Below are positions 55,050-64,000 of a stretch of DNA of 64,000 nt, piece after piece. The translations under genes were made by a program, and so were the position numbers. Location of the stretch: NCBI GenBank assembly GCA_964016885.1, contig OZ024750.1, forward strand, positions 36,270,001 to 36,334,000. The letters are read 5' to 3'. The number at the start of each line of letters is the position of its first letter. Positions within the stretch are counted from its first letter, which is position 1. Below the pieces are notes generated by a model, which searched no databases, was not told the DNA's origin, and saw nothing but the letters and a program-made list of their open reading frames with translations. This stretch comes from Eledone cirrhosa. Its lineage: Eukaryota.

Positions 55050-55235
55050 GTGGATTGGCAGTATCGGTAGGGGGTCGGACGCCATGCTTTCCAGCATAGT
55101 TACGTCCCTTTACGATCTGAGTTCAAATCCCGCCGAGGTTGACTTTGCCTTTCATCCTTACGGGGTTGATAAAATAAAGTACCAGTAATGCACTGGATAA
55201 TTGCTGGCCTTGTGCCTAAAGTAGAAACAATTATT
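55050..55235 (+). mobile_element. tRNA-derived SINE family 2 (about 185 bp)
   Basis: A box tggcagtatcgg, B box gagttcaaatccc, tail gtagaaacaattatt. Copies: 128-312+, 17222-17408+, 25660-25930-, 27190-27377- (about 18-bp TSD tagtatatatagagtaat), 37810-38002+, 48182-48372-; diverged copies near 31090, 38150 and 53020. Confidence 0.9.
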
Positions 55236-55524
55236 GATTTAGGTGTTGCAGAAACCCAATTTTGGAGTATTCCATCTTCCCCGAGGGTCCGGGTAACTAT
55301 TTCAATCATATCTCATTTTGTCTGACCCGTTTAGCTTGTTCGTTTTTTGGCTAATGTGGTTAATGGCTTCTTAACCATCGTCTCAGCGTGTATGACCATT
55401 TTAACTTATGTTTATAGCTCTAGTATCTTCTTCATATCCATGGAGCGCTTGTCTGCACGAAAAGGAAGTTGCGTTTCGCTAATTTCTACCCGCCGAAATG
55501 CGATTCTCGCTAAATTTATATTTG

Positions 55525-55564
<40 letters not shown>

Positions 55565-55732
55565 TAGCGTGGAAAATGGACGTTATACGAAGATGATGTT
55601 GATGATGATATATATAATATATATATAAAAATATATATAAATATATAATATATATATATAAATATATATATATAAATATGTATATATAATATATATATAT
55701 AAATATATATATATAAATATATATATATAAAT

Positions 55733-55799
<67 letters not shown>

Positions 55800-55968
55800 G
55801 TTAAACAAGTTTCAATGAATAAATCAAAGAATTAGTTTTACAATAGTTTGGAAGCACTCAACAGTAATGGTATTTAAGGTATATAAATATTGAGTTTTGT
55901 CATATCTTACTCACTACCATGATTGGATCTTAACCATCTACTATGTCAGGGTATGTCATGCATCATCT

Positions 55969-56035
55969 TATTTTATCTGATGAGGATGTACTATTGAAGT
56001 TAGCTCAGTACCTCTGAAATATGTATAATAAAATA
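55969..56035 (+). ncRNA. Type I hammerhead ribozyme
   Basis: tattttat-CTGATGA-ggatgtact..agtacctct-GAAA-tatgta-TA-ataaaata. Confidence 0.8.
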
Positions 56036-56137
56036 TACTTGATCACAATGAAGTTCTATTTTTGTTAATATTTCGAATGAATATATATAATATATATATA
56101 CATATATATATAAATATTTATAGTAATATATAATAAT

Positions 56138-56188
56138 AGTTTCAGAAGATCCCGTTAAGGGCGAAAGCAGCGATTCTTTGCTTAAACT
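56138..56188 (+). ncRNA. Hammerhead-like motif with variant core CAGAAGA (second copy)
   Basis: Near-identical to 29148-29198; isolated between TA repeats. Confidence 0.7.
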
Positions 56189-56247
56189 TTAATCTGTTAT
56201 TTTAATAAATATATATATAAATATATATAAATATATATATATATATA

Positions 56248-56279
<32 letters not shown>

Positions 56280-56338
56280 AATATATATATATAAATATAT
56301 ATATATAAATATATATATATATAAATATTTATACATAT

Positions 56339-56369
<31 letters not shown>

Positions 56370-56493
56370 AATATATATATATACATATATATATATAAAT
56401 ATATTTATATATAAATATATATATATACATATATATATATATAGAAAGGATGAATATAAAATGAAAGTGCTTTTGTTAAAAAAGGAATTTATT

Positions 56494-56614
56494 AGGTATT
56501 GACATATGTTTCTGTAACAGACCGAATACCTATGTATCGCTGCTTGCGTAATCATATAATGTTAGCAAGTATTCGATAGCAAATGTATAATCAGTTGTCA
56601 CTTCTTCAGAGATT
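56494..56614 (-). ncRNA. Hammerhead ribozyme with extended stem II and poor stem I
   Basis: CTGAAGA-agtgaca...tgttaca-GAAAC-atat-GTC, followed by AATAAA. Confidence 0.65.
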
Positions 56615-56740
56615 TTGGATAAACTGGATAAAATCAGAAAAATTGAAGTATTTATATTAGTAAAAGAGGAAGGAACAGAGGGGATAGAATATGACAGATG
56701 GTAAAATAATTTACTGCTAAACAAGTATATATATATATAT

Positions 56741-56828
<88 letters not shown>

Positions 56829-56834
56829 AAATAT

Positions 56835-57845
56835 ATATACATATAAATATATGTAGATAAATCTACCAAGAGTTTACGGTAGTGTCCAATCCGTATGAAG
56901 AACTCAATGTATTCCGGATATCATGGAAAGAAGAAATGTAATGAAAAATCACTTTCGGTGAAAGATAAACGGTATACAGAGTCAAGATAAAATATTAAAC
57001 AAATAATGAATAAACAATTCCTTATATTAAACAAAAAAAGTTCATTATTTAACGATCGTTTCTAGGATATATATGTGTTAGAGTTGGCATGCATATTCAA
57101 CAGATCTATGTACAAAATTATACAAAATTATACAAACTATCAAGATTAAATATACATACCAACACATATATACGCCGTCTTCAGAAATAATGAAATATAT
57201 TTATTGATAATAACAACAATTCAAACTTTCAGGTCCGTTTGGGAACAAAATTGACCAATGAAAATACAAAAGGTTTAATGCCGTTCGGTGTGTGTATATA
57301 CATGTAATAACCCTTACACATATTTTACAAAAATGTATGCACAACCTGTATACTCATACAAAAAGGATGGATGCAAATACAAAATTTCAAGGTTAATGTC
57401 TCTGTAAGTTTATAATGCACAGATAAGATGCGTATAGATACATAAATATGAAATAAATGTATACACATATTTTCATACTAACACATATCCGTACAATCAC
57501 ACATACACGCGCGTATATGCATAAACATACACATAAACTACAAACATACAAACACACACACACCACCACTCACATATATATATGTGGATATAAAATCCTA
57601 AGCACATGGATATTAATTCACTCACATAAACACTGGCACACACATTTAGATAAAGATACAGAAATTAGGTGGGATGGGGGGGGGGGAGAGGTCAGTATTC
57701 AACGGTTTGGGCTGCCTGCTTAATATAGATGTATCTATAAACTAAGAAAATAAAAAATAAAAAATAATAATAAATAATAAATAAACATTAAAAAGGAAAG
57801 AGAAGAAAAAGAAAAAAGAAAAAAGAAAAAAGAAATATATCAAGA

Positions 57846-57877
<32 letters not shown>

Positions 57878-58105
57878 CCATATATATATATATATCTATA
57901 TATATATATACATACACATATATACATACATACACATACATACATACACACACACACATATACATATACACATACACATATACAAACACATACATACATA
58001 TACACACATCCCCACTTAGAACATAACATACACACACATATATAAACATATAGATATACACACATAGATACAAATACACACATACATATAAATACACATA
58101 TATAT

Positions 58106-58158
<53 letters not shown>

Positions 58159-58449
58159 CATACACTCATACATACGCATATAATCACACATACTATATAG
58201 ACACACATATATATACACACATACATACACATATACCTACACTTACATACATATATACATACAGATATACACATACATACCTATATATACACACAAATAC
58301 ATACAGACATATATACATACATAGAGACAAATACTTACGCATCTATATATCGGTATATACATACAAACACCACTACACTCTCACACAACTCAGACATACA
58401 AAGAAAAAGGTATATACCCATACACATATACATATACAAATAGAGAAAC

Positions 58450-58481
<32 letters not shown>

Positions 58482-58686
58482 ATATACATATATACATATA
58501 TATATATACATACATATACATATACACATACACACATACACATACAAACACATACATACATGCACACACACATAGATATATATACACACACACACATACA
58601 CACATACACATACATATATAGTCATACACACACATAGACCTACACGAACATACACATACACATATACAAAGATATATATACACACG
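56835..58686 (-). mobile_element. Inverted pseudo-LTR (inverted copy of the 3' end) of the 58.7 kb PLE
   Basis: 57820-58686 matches 63138-64000 in reverse. It continues through an HHR at 57041-57194 and ends in TA-rich repeats. The left boundary is inferred. Confidence 0.8.
57041..57194 (-). ncRNA. Type I hammerhead ribozyme with about 110-nt stem II, in the PLE inverted pLTR
   Basis: ttcattattt-CTGAAGA-cggcgtatatatgtgttgg...ctaacacatatatatccta-GAAAC-gatc-GTT-aaataatgaa; perfect 10-bp stem I and palindromic stem III. Confidence 0.85.
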
Positions 58687-58689
58687 ATA

Positions 58690-60646
58690 TAATTAATTCC
58701 TGTCGTTTATTTAATAGGATATCCTTAGATTTCATGCATTGAAAAGGCCACACTTCAACCTGAAAGATCATAAATCAAATTTTAACTCAAATCCTTCTAT
58801 TAGACTTATATGTCCCTCCAAATCAGATATTGGAATAATTAGCAAAAAAATTTTGGATAGAGTCATCCCACAAATAAGAAAACACGTTATTTTACCACTC
58901 TGGGAAAACACCTCCCAGGTAATTAACTGGTTTAAAAATATTAGATGTAAATCTTCTGCTTCATTTCTACAATTTGATATAGATAATTACTATTCTTCTA
59001 TATCACCTATACTCCTGAACAAAGCATTGATATTTGCTAAAAATAGATCTAACTTAACTTTGGATGACATTAATATTATTACACATGCTAGACTAACACT
59101 TATTGAATTTCAGAATGAATACTGGACCAGAAACACATATAGTAATCTTTTTGATATTACTATGGGTTCAAGCGATTCCGCCCAAATTACTGATCTTGTG
59201 GGCCTCTTTCTCCTTTTCAACATAAATGCCTCCTTTCCCCACCTCAAAGGTGGTTTATATCGTGATGACTGTCTTCTTCTTTCTAACAACCTTAGCCTTT
59301 CAGAAATTGAAAAAAACAAAAAACATATTAGAACTTTCCTTAAAGACTATTATAATCTTAATATTACTTTTGAAAAAACAAGTAAAGTAGTAAATTTCCT
59401 AGATATAACTTTAGATTTAGCTACGGGTATCTACCAACCTTACCATAAACCAAACCAAAACTTACATTACATACACTCACAATCTAATCACCCTAAATCT
59501 ATCCTTAAAAACCTTGCATATAATATATCACTTAGAATTTCTAACCTTTCTTCTAACCAAGATGTATTTGATAAAAATGCGACCTTCTATAACGAAGCTC
59601 TAGATAGAAGTGGCCACAAAAATAGATTAGAATATATACCTTCTACTAAAAATACTGAAAGCATACAACCTAATATTACCAACAAACACCAAATGAAAAG
59701 TACACACCTAAATGCCACCCACACTATACCCCAAAATACCAAATCTTCTAATATAAAGTATAGTAACTCTCAAAAAACTACTTATCATATTAATAAAACT
59801 CCTAATAAAAAGGATAAAACACCTAAATCTACAAATATAACTAAAAATGGTTGTGGTGAGTTCATTAACATTAATCCTCCTAGTAAAAATCACGATACAA
59901 CCTATAAAAATAATAAAAATAATAAACAACATAGAAACCGTAATAGACGGGTTACTTGGTATAATGCTCCATTTAATTTACAAATTAAGGATAATATTGC
60001 TAAAAAAATTTTTTACATCCTAGAGAAAAACTTCCCGCCAAACCACAAATACCATCAAATCTTAAATAGGTCTACAGTTAAATTCTCATACTCTACAACA
60101 AATAACATAAAACAAAATATAAGTGCCTATAATGCATATAAATGTAAGAAAACCATAAGTATACCACCAGTACATCAAATTAACCATAATATCTCCTCAA
60201 ATACAGAATTAACGAAAGGTTGTAACTGTAGAAACAAAGCAAACTGCCCATTAAAAGGGAATTGTCTTGTTAACAACATAGTATATAAATGTAATGTTAA
60301 AACTAAAGATTCTATTTGCTCATATATAGGAGCTACCTCTAACAATTTTAAGACAAGGTTTAATACCCATAAGCATAGTTTTAAAAATGCCGCACTGGCT
60401 AATACAACATCTCTAGCAGAAAAAATCAATAGTTATAAAAATAAGAATATAGAATATGATTTGACCTGGAGTGTGCTCAAAAGAGCCACCCCTTATCAAA
60501 ATAATAGAAATGAATGTAGATTATGTTCCCAAGAACTATTTGAAATAATGAAATCTAAGGATATCCTATTAAATAAACGACAGGAATTAATTATATCGTG
60601 TAATCATAAACTAAAAAAAACATTTAAATATTATAAACCTAATTAA
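58690..60646 (+). CDS. Penelope-like retroelement ORF (RT + GIY-YIG endonuclease), 5'-truncated, Naiad-like
   Basis: 635-aa ORF with LKDHK..F...P..RLICPSKSD, FDIDNYY, ITMGSSDSAQITDLVG, GGLYRDD, VNFLDITLDL, HSQSNHP, WYNAPF, CNCRNKANC (CxCx5C), IVYKC..SYIGAT..FKTRF..H (GIY-YIG) and CRLC..C.H. It begins mid-RT. Confidence 0.95.
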
Positions 60647-61989
60647 TAACATTATTTTAGAAATTAATTTAATTTAAATGTTAGTTAACCTATAAATTTA
60701 ATTTAATTAAAATTCTATTACAGATGAGATTATAAAATATTATGTAATCATAATTGTGAAAAACCTTTAAATATTACTAATATATACTTAGTATTTTAAT
60801 TTATAGATTAATTTTAATTTATTTAAACCCTTTATTATAATTTTTTTTATTATAATTCTTTTACAAATAAAATATAGCAAAATATAGTGTATCCAATGAC
60901 AGAGAAATAATTTTTAGTAATATAGACCTAATTAATATACATTTTAGAAATATATTTATAATTTGGTTTTAATTTTAATCAACCTAAAAATTTAATTTAA
61001 TTGGCTTAAAATTAATATCCTTATACAGACGAATTGCAGAATGTCATCTAATCATAGAATGGGATGTGTTTTGGATTTATACCTAGTTAATATATTCTTT
61101 GCAATTTTTGAAAAAATATGTATATGTATATGTGTATGTATATGTATGTGCGTATGTATATGTGTATATATGTGTATATATATATATGTATATATATGTG
61201 TATATATGTATGTGTATGTATATGTATATGTATATGTATTAATTTTGATTTCTATTTGCATATAATTGTATTCTGCTATTGATAAAATACAATATCTGTT
61301 TTATTTATTATATACCTAATTAACATATACTATAGAAATAAATATATAATTTTTAATTTAATTAACCTATATTTTATATTCTACTACCGATGTAATACTT
61401 TATTTGTTTTTTCCCTATTACTAAATTCATTTCCTAATATTGATACCATAAAGTTATTAACTTTAATTTAGTTATACTATAATTAATACTCTACTACTAT
61501 TTAACTTCAAAATTCTACTTCAAATATTATAAACCTAACTAATTTACACCTTAGAAATCAATATGTTAACTATCTTTAGTTTAGTTAACATATAATTAAT
61601 GGTATACTTATTTATTTTGAATTGCATAAATTTTGCCTTATTCCTTGTTTATTGTATTTCCTAACACTGATACTATGTATAAACATACATTGGATCTAGA
61701 TACGGATAATATTCTATGTTTCTTGAAACATATATTTACTATAATCCCCTTCTCCACCCCCCCCCCCTTTCCCCCATACTATTATCATCTGTGTTTGTAA
61801 GCGTGTATGTATGAATATATATGTAGGTAGGTGTATATATATTTGGGTATTTATATCTGAATATAAAAATACATATATGCGCATGCAAATAAGAATGTAT
61901 GATTGTGTGTATATATATATGTGTGTGTATGTATGTGTATATGTGTATATATATGCATGTGTGTATATGTATGTGTATGTGTGTGTCTG

Positions 61990-62042
<53 letters not shown>

Positions 62043-62343
62043 GTATGTGTATATGTATATATATATATGTGTGTGTATGTATGTGTGTATATGTGTGTGT
62101 GTGTATATATATGTATGTCTCTCTATTTATATGTATATCTTCGTATCTATGTGGATATATGTGTGTGTGTGCATGTATACACATATATGTGTTTATGTGT
62201 ATATGTGTGTATGTATATATATGTGTGTATGCACACACATGTATATGTTAATGTGTATATGTGTGTGTGTGTATATGTATGTGTATATATGTATGTATAT
62301 ATATCTATGTGTGTTTATATGTCTATATTCATATGTGTGTGTG

Positions 62344-62374
<31 letters not shown>

Positions 62375-62533
62375 GTGTATATATATATATATATGTATGT
62401 GTATATATATATATATATTATTTATTATTATAATATAACTTATGTGTATGTGTATATGTGAGGGTGTGTATATGTATATGTATGTGTATATATATGTGTA
62501 AAAAAATATATATGTGTGCATGTCTGTTTTTTA

Positions 62534-62564
<31 letters not shown>

Positions 62565-63017
62565 GTGTATATATTTATATATGTGGGTGTTTGTATGTGT
62601 ATTTATGGTTGTATGTGTGTGTGGGTATATGTATATAAGTGTATATGTGTACACACATATATATATATATATATATATGTGAGTATATATATCTCTATTA
62701 ATGCGTGTATATATGTATATGTATATGCCTTTTTCTTTGTATATCTGAGTTGGGTGAGGATGTAGTGGTGTTTCTATGTATATACGCATATATGGATGCG
62801 TTTGTATTGGTATATATGAGTATATGTAAGTGCGTATGTATGTATGTTTATATATCTAATTCTATGTATGAGTGTATATATGTGTGTATGTATGTTGTGT
62901 GTGTATGTATGTATATGTCTATGTGTGTATATATATATGTATGTATGTATGTGTAAGTATCTATGTATATGTATGTATGTACATATATGTCTATGTATGT
63001 GTGTATGTATGTGTATG

Positions 63018-63090
<73 letters not shown>

Positions 63091-63658
63091 TTTTTTTTTT
63101 TTATATATATGTGTGTGTGTGTATGTGTGTTGTGTGTGTGTGTATATATATCTTTGTATATGTGTATGTGTATGTTCGTGTAGGTCTATGTGTGTGTATG
63201 ACTATATATGTATGTGTATGTGTGTATGTGTGTGTGTGTATATATATCTATGTGTGTGTGCATGTATGTATGTGTTTGTATGTGTATGTGTGTATGTGTA
63301 TATGTATATGTATGTATATATATATATGTATATATGTATATATATGTGTATATATATATATGTATATGTTTCTCTATTTGTATATGTATATGTGTATGGG
63401 TATATACCTTTTTCTTTGTATGTCTGAGTTGTGTGAGAGTGTAGTGGTGTTTGTATGTATATACCGATATATAGATGCGTAAGTATTTGTCTCTATGTAT
63501 GTATATATGTCTGTATGTATTTGTGTGTATATATAGGTATGTATGTGTATATCTGTATGTATATATGTAAGTAAGTGTAGGTATATGTGTATGTATGTGT
63601 GTATATATATGTGTGTCTATATAGTATGTGTGATTATATGCGTATGTATGAGTGTATG

Positions 63659-63713
<55 letters not shown>

Positions 63714-63941
63714 ATATATATGTGTATTTATATGTATGTGTGTATTTGTATCTATGTGTGTATATCTATATGTTTATATATGTGTGTGTATGTTATGTTC
63801 TAAGTGGGGATGTGTGTATATGTATGTATGTGTTTGTATATGTGTATGTGTATATGTATATGTGTGTGTGTGTATGTATGTATGTGTATGTATGTATATA
63901 TGTGTATGTATATATATATATAGATATATATATATATATGG

Positions 63942-63973
<32 letters not shown>

Positions 63974-64000
63974 TCTTGATATATTTCTTTTTTCTTTTTT
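60647..64000 (+). mobile_element. Long 3' UTR of the PLE, largely microsatellite-like, running off the window
   Basis: Follows the ORF stop; about 63138-64000 is the near-perfect reverse complement of about 57820-58686 at the element's 5' end. Confidence 0.8.

Overview
Very AT-rich, microsatellite-saturated animal DNA. The repeat content (tRNA/CORE-type SINEs with RTE tails, RTE LINE fragments, Penelope-like elements) looks cephalopod or octopus-like; this is inference. I found no host protein-coding exon I can support, and most listed ORFs are (TA)/(TG) microsatellite artefacts. The real coding signals are Penelope-like retroelements (PLEs) with RT and GIY-YIG domains and DKT/KDHK/CxCx5C motifs consistent with the Naiad clade, at about 1.6, 4.0, 20.1, 38.3 and 58.7 kb, plus RTE LINE fragments. 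The main unexplained signal is RNA structure. By eye I read about 14 complete or near-complete type I hammerhead ribozymes (HHRs) and about as many degenerate or half copies, from many unrelated families, nearly all in 100-450 bp islands inside (TA)n. Many islands are fold-back palindromes whose turn point lies inside the ribozyme (stem II, or just 5' of the CUGANGA core). In two copies the arms share copy-private mutations. Several unrelated families also carry a TYGAGYRC motif about 45-80 nt before their (TA)n-anchored end. Together this suggests a PLE-driven population of retrozymes and ribozyme hairpin insertions targeting TA microsatellites. All coordinates were read manually and are approximate to a few bases; no folding or database search was run.
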